Assembly: GCF_006345805.1 (NCBI RefSeq)
Contig: NC_042998.1
Coordinates: 127,906,001 to 127,970,000 of the forward strand
Length of the DNA: 64,000 nt
Source of the DNA: Octopus sinensis
Taxonomy: Eukaryota
Reading direction: 5' to 3'
The translations under genes and the position numbers were made by a program. Shown in pieces: positions 50,547 through 63,660 of the stretch. How positions within the stretch are numbered: position 1 is the stretch's first letter; each line of letters starts with the position of its first letter. The notes beneath the pieces were generated by a model. It did no database searches. It had not been told where the DNA came from and was given only the letters and a program-made list of their open reading frames with translations.

Positions 50547-50592
<46 letters not shown>

Positions 50593-51695
50593 CTGATGAC
50601 TGGTAAAGACGTTGTGCTTTCTGTTATCTAAATTAGATACCTGCTTAGAACTTAGCATAGAATGTCTCATGGTTTTTGTTCTAATACGTACCGCTTTCAG
50701 TCCAAATCGCACCGAGGCCAACTTTCGTCTTTATTCTTTTGAAGATTGATAAAAACAAATTACCAGCCTAGGGCAGTGGGTTGGCAAATCTATAAAAAAT
50801 ATCAGACCAAATACCTTGCAGTATTTGTTCCAGATTTTTGCAAGCTCTGTTGTAGCCTGCTTGGGAGGCAAAGATAATATGTTACCGTTTAACACACCAC
50901 AGTTGGTTCCTTATGTATCTTTAACAAAAGGTCGTTTTGTTGCAAAGTGTTTCATTGAGGCTTTCTCTTTCCACCTTTCTCTTTCCCACCTTTCTCTTTC
51001 CGTTACGAAGGATCAAGGATATCAACTACTTTCCCTCCTAACTAAAACATTATAAAAATATTCCTTCTGTTAAATAGATGGACATTTGTTAATTGCGTGG
51101 TATATTTCATCCTATATTCTTGTACAATATCCGAATTTAGAATAGCAAGACATTTGACGACTATACTAAATGGCCGGGTGGTGGTGGACCAGGAAATATA
51201 ATTGATTTTTCTTCAGAAAGCAATAACATACATCAAACAAATCCTGTTTTGTTCAAATGAAAGCAAAAACAAAAATAAAAGAACTATTTCAATGTGGCAA
51301 ATAATGTATTTTTATATGCTTTTGCTTTTTTTTTTGCTTTTTTTGCGTTAGAGAATTCAATCGACGGTGAGTTGGTTTCTAAACATGTCTGAGAGTATTT
51401 CATTTCATTTCTTTTTTATTCTTATATTTTCATTAGTTTCCATATAGGTTTCACGCGTGTATTCCTTTCGCTGTTTTGTCAAATCATAGTTGAAACTATA
51501 AATTAAGTGAATATTAATTTCACTCTCACATACGCACAATTGCAAATGGACATATACAACAGAGATACACATACACGCGCGCGCGCACACACACACACAA
51601 ACACACGCAAACACACACACATATATACATATGTATATACATATATATACACATCTATTTATATAGATGTGTGTATGCATGTATGTATGTATAAC

Positions 51696-51744
<49 letters not shown>

Positions 51745-51832
51745 TTATTCGAGACAAAACCACTATTTTGCAAAACAAACAAGGAAAGACTTAATCAATA
51801 CATAAAATTTTAATAAATAGTCAAAAAAACCG

Positions 51833-51875
51833 CCACTACAATCGTTTCTTGTCTTGATCGACAATCTTCAGGTGG
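51833..51875 (-). ncRNA. Minimal hammerhead ribozyme, intact core
   Basis: Mirror of 53982-54024. Confidence 0.8.
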
Positions 51876-52636
51876 ACTTCCAATCTAAAAAATCAATATT
51901 TTAAAATATAAAAATAATAATTTTAAAATAATTAAAGTATGAATGAAAAAATATAAGTATACAATCCATATATAACCTATCTATAATCCATATATAATCA
52001 ATATATAAACAATATATAAACTAAAAAAAAAAAAACCTATCAACAATTAAATATAAAATATAAAATATAAAATATAAAATATAAAATATAAAACAAAACA
52101 AAAAAAATAATAATATAATAATAAACTATATATACACCCATACGCATATACCTAATATATATAACCATATCTAACTACATACACTAAATCACACACCTAT
52201 ATATATATCCCTATACATACACATAAAAATGTCTAGGCAACTATAAATAAATAAATAGCTAAATACTTCAACACAATACTTATTCATACTCCCCACACAC
52301 ACACACATACAACCCACATTCACGCTCTAGAAAACGGACATCACTCAAAACTATGAACGGAGAAATGGAATAAATGGAATTAAAAATTATATTCACTTGT
52401 TAAAACGAACACTACTTAAAAATTATGAATGAAACAATGCAATAAAACAACAGACATCGCAAATAGACACAAATACTACAATTCCTTATCAACCTACCAT
52501 GATAACCAAAACTCATAAAAACATATAATGATAAAATCTCCCTTTACTAAACTCTATAACAACCTATATAGCAATCCCCTAACTAATCATTCACACACAA
52601 ATACACACACGTAAACCACACACCCACGACATATAC

Positions 52637-52736
52637 NNNNNNNNNNNNNNNNNNNNNNNNNNNNNNNNNNNNNNNNNNNNNNNNNNNNNNNNNNNNNNNN
52701 NNNNNNNNNNNNNNNNNNNNNNNNNNNNNNNNNNNN
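52637..52736. other. Assembly gap (100 N)
   Basis: Run of N inside the palindrome; true size unknown. Confidence 0.99.
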
Positions 52737-53981
52737 ATTCAGTGTCAAATTATGAAGTGAAAATTAAATTCTTAGCCGTTAAAAAAATCAAGCAAAATTA
52801 CGTTACCATAGAAATAACTTATGTAAAAAAAGAATACGCGCCATGGAAAGTAAACGTCATTTAAATTATGAATGGAGAAATAGGAAATGGAACTAAAAAC
52901 TATCCACGTGGCAAACCAACACTACTTAAAAAAAATTATTATGAATGGATTCTTTAAAAAACTACCATGAAAAATCATTATATACATCTATGAACTTTAG
53001 CTCACCTTAGCATCTCTAACAAACAACTTGCAGTAACCCAAACCCATTATCATTTCTTTTTGTGAGTTTTAGCTTATCATGGTAGTTTTATAAAAGAATC
53101 CATTCATAATTTTTGTGTTTATTTGTCTGTGTGGGGTTGAGTGGGTTTTGGAGTATATTTGAGGTTTATATGTATGTATTGGTATGTGTAAGTGGTGTGG
53201 GTATTTGTATATGTCGTTGTGTGGTTTACGTGTGTTTATTGTGTGTGAATGATTAGGTTAGGGGATTGCTATATAGGTTTGTTATAGAGTTTAGTAAAGG
53301 GAGATTTTATCATTATATGTTTTTATGAGTTTTGGTTATCATGGTAGGTTTGATAAGGAATTTGTAGTAATTTGTGTCTATTTGCGATGTCTGTTTTTGT
53401 TTATTGCATTGTTTCATTCATAATTTTTAAGTAGTGTTCGTTTTACCAAGTGAATATAATTTTTAATTCCATTTATTCCATTTCTCCGTTCATAGTTTTG
53501 AGTGATGTCTGTTTTTCTAGAGCGTGAATGTGGGTTGTATGTGTGTGTGTGTGGGAGTATGAATAAGTATTGTGTGAAGTATTTAGCTATTTTATTTATT
53601 TATAGTTGCCTAGACATTTTTATGTGTATGTATAGGGATATATATATAGGTGTGTGATTTAGTGTATGTAGTTAGATATGGTTATATATAATTAGGTATA
53701 TGCGTATGGGTGTATATATAGTTTATTATTATATTATTATTATTTTTTTTGTTTTGTTTTATATTTTATATTTTATATTTTATATTTTATATTTTATATT
53801 TTATATTTAATTGTTGATAGGTTTTTTTTTTTTAGTTTATATATTGTTTATATATTGATTATATATGGATTATAGATAGGTTATATATGGATTATATACT
53901 TATATTTTTTCATTCATACTTTAATTATTTTAAAATTATTATTTTTATATTTTAAAATATTGATTTTTTTAGATTGGAAGT

Positions 53982-54024
53982 CCACCTGAAGATTGTCGAT
54001 CAAGACAAGAAACGATTGTAGTGG
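53982..54024 (+). ncRNA. Minimal hammerhead ribozyme, intact core (43 nt)
   Basis: CCAC-CTGAAGA-TTGTC gatcaa GACAA-GAAA-CGATTG-TA-GTGG. Predicted cleavage after 54020. Confidence 0.82.
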
Positions 54025-54197
54025 CGGTTTTTTTGACTATTTATTAAAATTTTATGTATTGATTAGTCTTTCCTTGTTTGTTTTGCAAAATAGTGGTTTG
54101 TCTCGAATAATATTTATATATTTTTACTATAAAATCGATTTAATCCTAAATCTGATTTTTTCCCTGTAAATTTGGATTTATTCCCTAATATTTATTA

Positions 54198-54238
<41 letters not shown>

Positions 54239-54299
54239 AGAAATCACGAAAAAACAAAAGACGAAGACAACAAACATATGTATTAGTATAACGCTCAGT

Positions 54300-54692
54300 T
54301 GAGTATGTCACCTGGTGGCTGATGATACGTGCATCTCTGATCACGAGCAGAAGAAGAGGGGAGCATCATAGCCATGTGTTGAGAAAGATTCTTCGGGCTT
54401 TGAATAGTTCACCTCTGGAAACATGGGTATTTCATTCAACATCCTTAAACAACCCTTATTCAGGGACCTTTTGAGCGGGATGGGCTACTTCACCTGCAGA
54501 AAATTCAAACTGGGCCCCACCTACAAGGTCATGTGCTGTTTATCTTGATATGAGATCACCATGTCGCGCACATATGGTTGTGATGCATGTGCCTGGTGTA
54601 CCCTTATCAGACGGGTAGTCATGATGGGTATACTGGGCTTTCTATATTTTACCCCAGTGTCACTTTGATGGCATGCACTGCACTCTCACTGA

Positions 54693-54747
<55 letters not shown>

Positions 54748-54760
54748 TAATAATAATAGG
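54300..54760 (+). mobile_element. Probable LINE 3' end with (AAT)n tail
   Basis: A GC-richer 390-bp segment ending abruptly in (AAT)n. Family not determined. Confidence 0.45.
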
Positions 54761-55354
54761 GAGTATAACACCAAACTTACAGGGAAAAATTCAATTTAGT
54801 ATTAAATCAAATTTCACAATATAAACATATAATATATATAAATTTGAGAAAAACCACTATTATCAATATATAAGACAAAACCATATTTCCTTATTCCTAA
54901 GAACAGTATTTACAGCCATGGTATGTGTATATATGCATTTGTACATATAACATATATGCCTGTGAATTTCTGTGTGTGCATTTGAATATAAGTGAATCTA
55001 CGCGTTAATATTAAACACAAAGTATGCCACCATTAGACTGACTTATATTAAACGTTATCCACGAGGGACTTTTTTCATCTCATTTTTATATGATTTATAC
55101 AACATATCTCTTCTTTTGCGAAGACGACAGACTATGATGTGGAGTGATTTGTTCTATTTCTAGTCGGTTCAAAAGCACATAGAGATTCCTTCTTGGCTCA
55201 AAATCACTATGTCTAAATATGGATACACTTTAACGTGAAGAGCAAACTTATGGTTAAAAGCGTCCCAAATTTTACCTACCTCATATCAGAGACTACATTT
55301 CTATATATACACGCTCTTAGCCTACCTGTATTTATCTGCCTTTCTACCTCATTC

Positions 55355-55391
<37 letters not shown>

Positions 55392-55400
55392 ATATATATA

Positions 55401-55439
<39 letters not shown>

Positions 55440-56028
55440 CATACATACTACATACATACATACACTACATACATACATACATACATACATACATACATAC
55501 ATACATACATAACTACAAGCACAAATACATACAGATATATATGTATGTATGTGTATGTGTATGTGTGTAAGGTGTTTTTCGTTCAGGAAATGTTGCAGTT
55601 ATTTCTAGTCGATTAAACCGTGTAGGGACACCGTCATTGGCACACATGTGTTATTGATGTATATCTAGGTGTGTGTGAACGTATGCGTCGATACGAACAC
55701 ACACTATAATACCTTTACTACAATCTCTCTGCGGTCCCTGTATCGAAGTAAACACTCTTAATTGAGGTTGCCAGGTCAAAATAGTGCAAATTGGTATATT
55801 TAGCAAAGGTGTCATAGCAACGGTTTTCATGACAACTGTGTCATAGACGGCGATCGATTGATTTGGCCAAAGTGTTATTTTGGGGAGCATTCCGTTAAAG
55901 GGATTTTTCTCTTCATTGTGAATCTTTATGAGGCGTATGTATATGCCTGGATATATGTGTATGAGACTGTGTGCGCGCGCATTTACACATAAACCCCCAC
56001 CCCACACCCGCACAAATACATATATGTT

Positions 56029-56071
<43 letters not shown>

Positions 56072-56129
56072 TAATATAAATATATGCATATATACATACA
56101 TGTATGTACATACCTACATCTATATGTGT

Positions 56130-56790
56130 ATATACATGCATATATGGGCACAGGACATTAAAAAAAATGTTGAACACATGAGAAACGAAAACATTAAAAC
56201 AAAAACATGGAAACGAACTTTTTTTCAAACAACGAAAAAACAGAGTACAAGGCATACAACACAAGGAATATTCCCCTTTCAGACCGCTTATTCTATCTTT
56301 CTCATAAACTGAGACCGCTTATCCTGTCTCTCTCCTTAATGTGTTCATAATAATTTTTCCATCGTCTTGGCTTAACAGCCCTCATCGTTTGTTTTTACTG
56401 TGTTATTCGCTTTGTTCTGTTTTTTACTGTTTTTACTGTCTTGTTTTGTGCTTACTGTCCTGTTCTTCTTACCCCTTTTACCCCTCCCGCAAAAAATCCA
56501 AATTTTCTTTAATTTGCTTTGCGGGAAGTATTATTTCAACGAAGTCGCGTCTTGTCCTTACCCTCGGAACTCGGAGTAGACGAAACAGGGACAAATGTGT
56601 TCAACGTTTTTTTTATGTCCTGTACCGATATATGCATGTATACATATAGATGTATGTATATATGCATATATACATATAGATGTATGTATATGCATATATA
56701 CATATAGATGTATGTATATATGCATATATTTACATATTATTTGTATTATTATATGATCGAACGCCACGCATCCTTTTCCAAGTAAGTTAT
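56130..56790. repeat. Dispersed element shared with 61480-62425, locally inverted segment, ending ATGATCGAACGCCACGCATCCTTTTCCAAGT + (TA)n
   Basis: 56330-56590 is collinear with 61880-62160, and 56140-56285 is the reverse complement of 62160-62310. The terminus occurs three times (~56753, ~61580, ~62392). Confidence 0.75.
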
Positions 56791-56798
56791 ATATGTTT

Positions 56799-56886
<88 letters not shown>

Positions 56887-57585
56887 TAGGGAGAGAGAGG
56901 GGGGGGGAATAAAATTTGTTTACAAGTATGTCTCTTAATATGATACGAAGTTATGGATGTATGCATCGAATACTCTGAGGTAAAATTCAATTGACTAATT
57001 ATTCACTTTGTAGGAGAAAGAAAACAATAAAAAAGAGCAATAATTGTTAATGAAAAAAGCAAAAGGGTGATAAACACATGAAATTACATAATAATGAATG
57101 TACTTTCTTACAGAAAAATCCACTCTTCTATGGCAAACAAAGAACAACTTTGAACATGTTTTGGTTTTATCAAACTTCAGCAACATAGTATCGTTTATTG
57201 AAGTCTATTGTCATTGAATGATATTACATATAGTATGAAAATTGCAAAAAATTAAGCCTGTGTAACCTACATGCTCAAATAATGTATGCTAACGAATTGC
57301 ATCAATTTAGATAATATGTTACGAGATGGACTACTGAGTGATGTACACAAAATATTCTGCTATCAAAATGGCTCTCTTAGCGAAGGTATACAAAATACTA
57401 TCTGAATCAAACTGTGAATTTAATCTCCCCCTTCTCTTTGAGCGTCACTCACAGTTACTGTAGATTTCTTTGTACACACTACAACTTATTTAACTAATTC
57501 GATACTATAGCGCATCTGTAATATCCCTATTAGACGCTTTTTATTATTATTATTATTATCATCATCATCATCATCATCATCATTA

Positions 57586-57621
<36 letters not shown>

Positions 57622-57673
57622 ATCATCATCATCATCATCATCATCATCATTATCATTATCATTATCATCATCA

Positions 57674-57704
<31 letters not shown>

Positions 57705-57769
57705 CATTAATATTATTGTTGTTGTTGTTGTTGTTATTGTTATTGTTATTATTATTATTATTATCATTA

Positions 57770-57821
<52 letters not shown>

Positions 57822-58904
57822 GTTGTTGTTGTTGTTATTATTGCAATGTTTGTGATCATACATTCTCTATTTCTTTAATTATGAAAATTTTCGAGGAGAA
57901 AAATACACATAAATCGAGTTCTAATCATAAAAATCTATTGTCATTTAATATAAGCGAGCCTCCGTGTGTGTCTATTGCCCGCTTTACCTCACTACCCTCC
58001 AAAACTCCTGTGTTTTCAATTACCTATTTAACTGTTTTTTCTCTTTATCTATCTATACATCTAGCTAGCTAGCTAGCTTTCTGTGTATCTATCTGTCTAT
58101 CTATCAATCTATTTATCTATCTACCAATGTATTTAGGTATGTATGTATCTATCTACCTATCAAACTGTCTATTTCCCTACCTTTCTGTGTGTATGTCTAG
58201 CTAATTATATTTTATACAAAGGGATTTAAGTTGTGAAAATGCGATAAATGGTTATATATAGATACACTCAAAAGAAAATCCTATAGTCTGTCTTAAAGCT
58301 GAAATACTATATCACACCTTATCGCCTTTAACACTTAAGAAATGTCGATGTAATATTCCTCGATAACCATGAAAAGATGGGATTGGTCAAAAATTAGATT
58401 CGCTTCAATTCGAAAGAGAACAATTTCGGATTAAATCAAAAATAAATACACGTGTGTTTCTGCGCGCGCATGTGTGTGCGTGCGCGAGCGTGTGTGATTG
58501 CGTGTATATTTATGTGTGTGCGTGCAAGCATGTGTGTTTGTGCTTGTATGTACGTGTTTTTTTGTATGCATGTGTTTGAGCGTGTATGTGTGTGTGTGTG
58601 TGTGTATCTCTGTGTCTGTGTGTTCGCTAAAGTTATTTAACAGTCATTTGTATCTTCAAATCACTTGTGGAATGTGTTTCCAATTCTTGTGCAAATATCT
58701 AATCACATGGTTTTAGTGTATGATTTTTTTTCCTTTATTTATTTATTTATTTACTTCAGCTATTGACTGCAGAGGTGGTAAGGCACTGCCTTCGATGGTT
58801 TAGTTAATCATTCTACCAATTTCTCTTTCATTGAACCGACGAGTAGGTAAACTGGTGCTTACATCTCCATGACTTAGCTGTACAGTAAAAATACACTGCC
58901 AATA

Positions 58905-59125
58905 CCTATTTCTTTATTACCCACAAGGGGCTAAACACAGAGGGAACAAACAAGGACAGACATAGGTATTAAGTCGATTACATCGACCCCAGTTCGTAAC
59001 CGGTACTTAATTTATCGACCCCGAAAGGATGAAAGGTAAAGTCGACCTCGACAGAATTTGAACTCACAACGTAACGCAGACGAAATACCGCTAAGCATTT
59101 CGCCCGGCGTGTTAACGTTTCTGCC
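58905..59125 (-). mobile_element. SINE family A copy
   Basis: Reverse complement of 1569-1800. Confidence 0.85.
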
Positions 59126-59349
59126 AATACCGGTTGTCAGGCGGTGTGAGAGGGCATAAAGACGCAATCGCGCGCACACACAGCCATACGTACCCTCATG
59201 CCTGTAGATGTATGTTTGTTTGTATGTATGTATGTATGTATGTATGTATGTATGTAGTATGTATGTATGTATGTATGTATGTATCAATCTATCTATCTAT
59301 CTTTCTATCTATCTATATATCTATCTATCTATTTTATCTATCTATCTAT

Positions 59350-59575
59350 CCCGGCAGAATCGTTAGCCCGCCGGGTGAAATGCTTCGCGGTATCTCGTCT
59401 GCCGTTACGTTCTGAGTTCAAATTCTGCCGAGGTCATCTTGGCCTTTCATCCTTTCGGGGTCGATTAAATAAGTACCAGTTGCGCTCTGGGGTTGATGTA
59501 ATCGACTTAATCCCTTTGTCTGTCATTGTTTGTCCCCTCCATCTTTAGTCCCCCGTGGGCAATAAAGAAATATAT
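59350..59575 (+). mobile_element. SINE family A copy
   Basis: GGCAGAATCGTTAGCCCGCCGGG head, GCCTTTCATCCTTTCGGGGTCGAT core and AATAAAGAAATA tail. Confidence 0.85.
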
Positions 59576-59835
59576 CTATCTATCTATCTACCTACCTACC
59601 GACCTACCTACCTCTCCATCTATTTATATATCTATCTAAGAGCTTTTCAACTTAATATTTACATATTATTTGTAGATTTATGTGCTTCGAGATTCACTGT
59701 TTCAAAGAATAAGTATTTCACGTTCTCCCGAAGACATATGAACCCTTATGACCTCAACAAACATACACACACACACAGACACACACACATATATATATTG
59801 TATAAATGAATAACAACAGATAGATGATGTGTCAA

Positions 59836-59896
59836 TTCACTGCAGCTGTTTCCAACAAATTTTAATTGATTAGAAAAACCGTTTTCTTCAGGTGAA
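59836..59896 (-). ncRNA. Degenerate hammerhead motif (cleavage triplet GCA)
   Basis: TTCAC-CTGAAGA-A-AACGG...TTGTT-G-GAAA-CAGCTG-CA-GTGAA: perfect stem I and palindromic stem III, with U16.1 changed to C. Confidence 0.6.
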
Positions 59897-60336
59897 AACC
59901 CGAAACATAACATAAGATATATATAAACACACACACACACATAAATATATATGTATGTATGTGTGTATGTATGTATGTATGTATGTATGTATGTATGTAT
60001 GTATGTATGTATGTGTGTGTGTATGTATGTATGTATGTATGTATGTATGTATGTATGTATGTATGTATGTATGTATGTATGTATAATTTATAAACTTTTA
60101 GGAGAGCGCTACATAATCCTTTTTTAGGGACAGTGGATCTCGAAGCACGTAAATCTGTAAATAATTTGTAAATAGTTGAAAACCCTTTTTAAACAGAAAA
60201 TGTCGAAGGCCGCAGCCATTGTTCCAAAATGTGTGTGGGGGGGAGTCTGTGTGCGTTCCTGCCTGTATGTGCGTATATGTGTGTGTGTGTGCCTATGTGT
60301 GTATCTATGTCTGTGTGTGCGTGCGTGTGCGTGCGA

Positions 60337-60575
60337 GAGGGTGCATGGTCTAGTGCTTAGAGTGTTGCACTCACAATCGCGTAATCGTAGTTTCAATTCC
60401 TGGACCAGGCGCTGCATTCTTTACTTGTGAGAAGCAATTCATCCTACGCTGCACTTCAATCACATCCACACATGACATGTGCACCTGTTTAGGTAACGTC
60501 AATTTGAAGGAGGGAGTGAACTAATGTACCGCAGAAACATTTGGTCACTATAAACTATAAATTCATTTGTACATG
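60337..60575 (+). mobile_element. tRNA-derived SINE (family C-related)
   Basis: GAGGGTGCATGGTCTAGTGCTTAGAGTGTTGCACTCAC...GTTTCAATTCC head, similar to 26990-27135 and 15950-16170. Confidence 0.6.
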
Positions 60576-60654
60576 TCATTCAGCAAAATCAGAGCTCTCA
60601 TACATCGTCTTCGACGAGAGGTTCTATCATATATATGTATGTATTTTTTTCTCT

Positions 60655-61205
60655 AGTGTAAGCTCAGAGCTGCGGCCATGCTGAAGCACCGCCGTTTTGC
60701 TACACTGTTATTACTAAGAGCCTCCTCTACTTTGTGGCACTTGATGAAGAATGGAGTTTGAAATAGCTACTCTCATTTGCACCTCTTGCCGTGAGGTAGG
60801 TTCATCTGGGACTCTCGACAGGAAGATGTCCAGCTTTGATTTAAAAACCCCTACATCTACTTTGTGCAAGTTCCTCAGACTCTTTGAGAGAATATTAAAA
60901 AGCTGTGGGCCCTTGAAACACAGGCTGTTGTAGTAACTGGTCCTGAAGCGTGATGGCGTTGCTGTGATCTTTGGCACTATTCAGTGTCGTCCCGTTCTGG
61001 CATTGGTGTAGCTTTCAATGCCAAAATTAATCACAATTCCTTCCAGGATCTTCCAGATATATATTACTGCATTCCTCTTCTGTCTTCTCTCCAGAGAGTA
61101 GAGTCTTAGCTGTTTCAACCTCTCCCGGTAGCTAAACTGTTGCAAAGAGACGATCTTCTTTGTGATTCTTCTCTGGATTGCTTCAAGGTCCGCTGTTAAT
61201 TTCAC
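60655..61205 (-). mobile_element. CR1-like LINE 3' fragment (same group as 12507-14320)
   Basis: LEAIQRR.TK, YSLERR, IYIWKILEG, GPQLFNIL and VPDEPT motifs, with the same 3' terminal GGCGGTGCTTCAGCATGGCCGCAGCTC sequence. Confidence 0.88.
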
Positions 61206-61239
61206 ACATACAGATTTTTTTTCATCATTTTGAACTATT

Positions 61240-61400
61240 AATCCTTACACATCTTTTTCTCCCTCCTTTTTTTGCGTATTAATCCTTTCTGTTGAAGAGC
61301 GTAGGCTCGAAACGTAAAAGACTTTCTCACCTTCCCGAGCGTTAAACTAATACACCTGTTTGTTGTACCTGTCTCCGTCTCTTGTTTTTTTGTAAATTCC

Positions 61401-61405
<5 letters not shown>
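61240..61405 (+). mobile_element. Short PLE-derived element with minimal hammerhead motif (61285-61320)
   Basis: CTTT-CTGTTGA-A-GAGC gtag GCTC-GAAA-CG-TA-AAAG. The core is non-canonical (CUGU). The element ends at (TA)n. Confidence 0.6.
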
Positions 61406-61447
<42 letters not shown>

Positions 61448-61479
61448 CATGTATATATATATATTCATATATACATACA

Positions 61480-62425
61480 TATATGTACATACCTACATAT
61501 TTATGTATATATATATATGTAGATATGTGCATATATGTATGTATATATGCATATATTTATATGTTATTTATATTATCATATGATCGAACGCCACTCATGC
61601 TTTTCCAAGTAAGATTTATCCTAATTACGATGCGCACTCTTCTATCTTTACTATCTCTTCTCTGTCTATCTCTCTCCCCCTCTTTTTCATCATCCTTTCT
61701 AGTTTTCTCTCCCACCCTTCCCTATTCTTCTCTCCCCTTCACCGTTCCCTCTCTCTCACTCCTTCTCCTCGACGCTCTCGTCGCTGACACGTGACGAGAG
61801 GGAATCTATCTTTCTGACTACTACCTTCGTAAAGACTAAACGTGCTTATCTTGTCTCTTCATAAGCTCGTCCTTCTAAACGTTCAGAATAATTTTTCCAT
61901 CATTTTCGCTTAACAGCCCTCACCGTTTGTTTTTACTGTTTTGTTCTCATTGTTCTGACTTTTACTGTTTTTACTTTTTTACTTATATATTTTTTTATTG
62001 TTTTTACTGTTTTGTTCTTACTGTCCTGTTCTTGTTACCACTTTCACCCTCCGCAAAAAATCCCAAATTTTATTTAATTTGCTTTGCGGGATTGACTGTT
62101 TCAGCAAAGTCGTATCTTGTCCTTGCCTTCGTAACGTGGAGTAGTTGAAACAGGGACAAATGAAGAAGGGGAATATTCTTTATGTTGTATGTCTCGTTTC
62201 TCTGTTTGTTTGTTTCCTTGTTCGGAAAAATGTTCGTTTCTATGTTTTTGTTTTTATGTTTTCCTCTCTCATTGTGTTCAATGTTTTTTTATGCCCTGTA
62301 CTCATATATGCATGTATACATACATATAAATGTAGGTATGTACAAATATGTATGTACATATGCATATATTATATATTATTTATATCATCATATGATCGAA
62401 CGCCACGCATCCTTTTCCAAGTATA
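61480..62425. repeat. Second copy of the 56.1-56.8 kb element, terminus repeated at both ends
   Basis: See 56130-56790. Confidence 0.7.
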
Positions 62426-62461
<36 letters not shown>

Positions 62462-62465
<4 letters not shown>

Positions 62466-62865
62466 TCTTTTACTCTTTTACTTGTTTCAGTCATTTGACT
62501 GTGGCCATGCTGGAGCACCGCCTTTAGTCGAGCAAATCGACCCCAGGACTTATTCTTTGTAAGCCTAGTACTTATTCTGTCGGTCTCTTTTGTCGAACCG
62601 CTAAGTTAGGGGACGTAAACACACCAGCATCGGTTGTCATGTGATGCTGGGGGGGGACAAACACAGACACACAAACATATACACACACATGCATATATAT
62701 AAATATACATATATACGACGGGCTTATTTCAGTTTCCGGTCTACCAAATCCACTCACAAGGCTTTGGTTGGCCCGAGGGTATAGTAGAAGACACTTGCCC
62801 AAGGTTTCACGCAGTAGGACTGAACCCAGAACCATGTGGTTCGTAAGCAAGCTACTTATCACACA

Positions 62866-62870
<5 letters not shown>
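62462..62870 (-). mobile_element. SINE family B full copy
   Basis: Collinear with 33955-34372. Confidence 0.88.
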
Positions 62871-62920
<50 letters not shown>

Positions 62921-63457
62921 GTATGTACATATTTATGTATGTATGTACATTGGCAGGAACAGCGTATTTCGTTTGGCAGCCGTACTATACTACTAAGCAT
63001 ATTAAAGTTTTATAAATCCAGTCTGTGTCCTACTTTTTGTGTTAGCACTGTGTTTCAATCACTTTTAAGTCATCTCTACTATAAAACTTTGAGCCAACCC
63101 TGAAAGTTGCGTTTCGGGTGCGAATGCGTCTAAGTAAACAATACGATCGAAGACAGACAATAATAAGTAATAGATGTATATGCATAATTCAGGAGTTATT
63201 GCTCCCTCTCTTCACCACATCCAACCCATTGACCATCCACGGACACATTGCGGAAATAGTCACACAGTTTTGGGGTTTAACAATATTGGATAGACCAATT
63301 TACATATTAAGCACATTCCTGGCAACCTGGCAAGTGCTATGTATATATTAATTGCTGGTAGGGACACCGTATTTCATTTTGTATCTATAATATAAAACAA
63401 GTCTATTAAAGGCTTATAAATCGATACTGCGTCCTACTTTTTTTATGTTATGTTAGC

Positions 63458-63499
<42 letters not shown>

Positions 63500-63608
63500 C
63501 TAATTTGGAGTATGAAAGGCCTCAGAGAGATTGGGATAGTGGGGAATGGGGGAAATGTTTAATCATGCGGCGTACATACTATTTTATTTATATATATATA
63601 TATTATAT

Positions 63609-63659
<51 letters not shown>

Positions 63660-63660
<1 letters not shown>

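Larger units (their letters stand above)
51733..54197. mobile_element. Large fold-back PLE pseudo-LTR element (arms 51733-52636 / 53207-54120, extension 54121-54197)
   Basis: The arms are near-identical inverted copies with an HHR in each, and (TA)n lies on both sides. A weak GIY-YIG C-terminal-like remnant is at ~52740-52860. Same family as 12431-14650. Confidence 0.82.
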
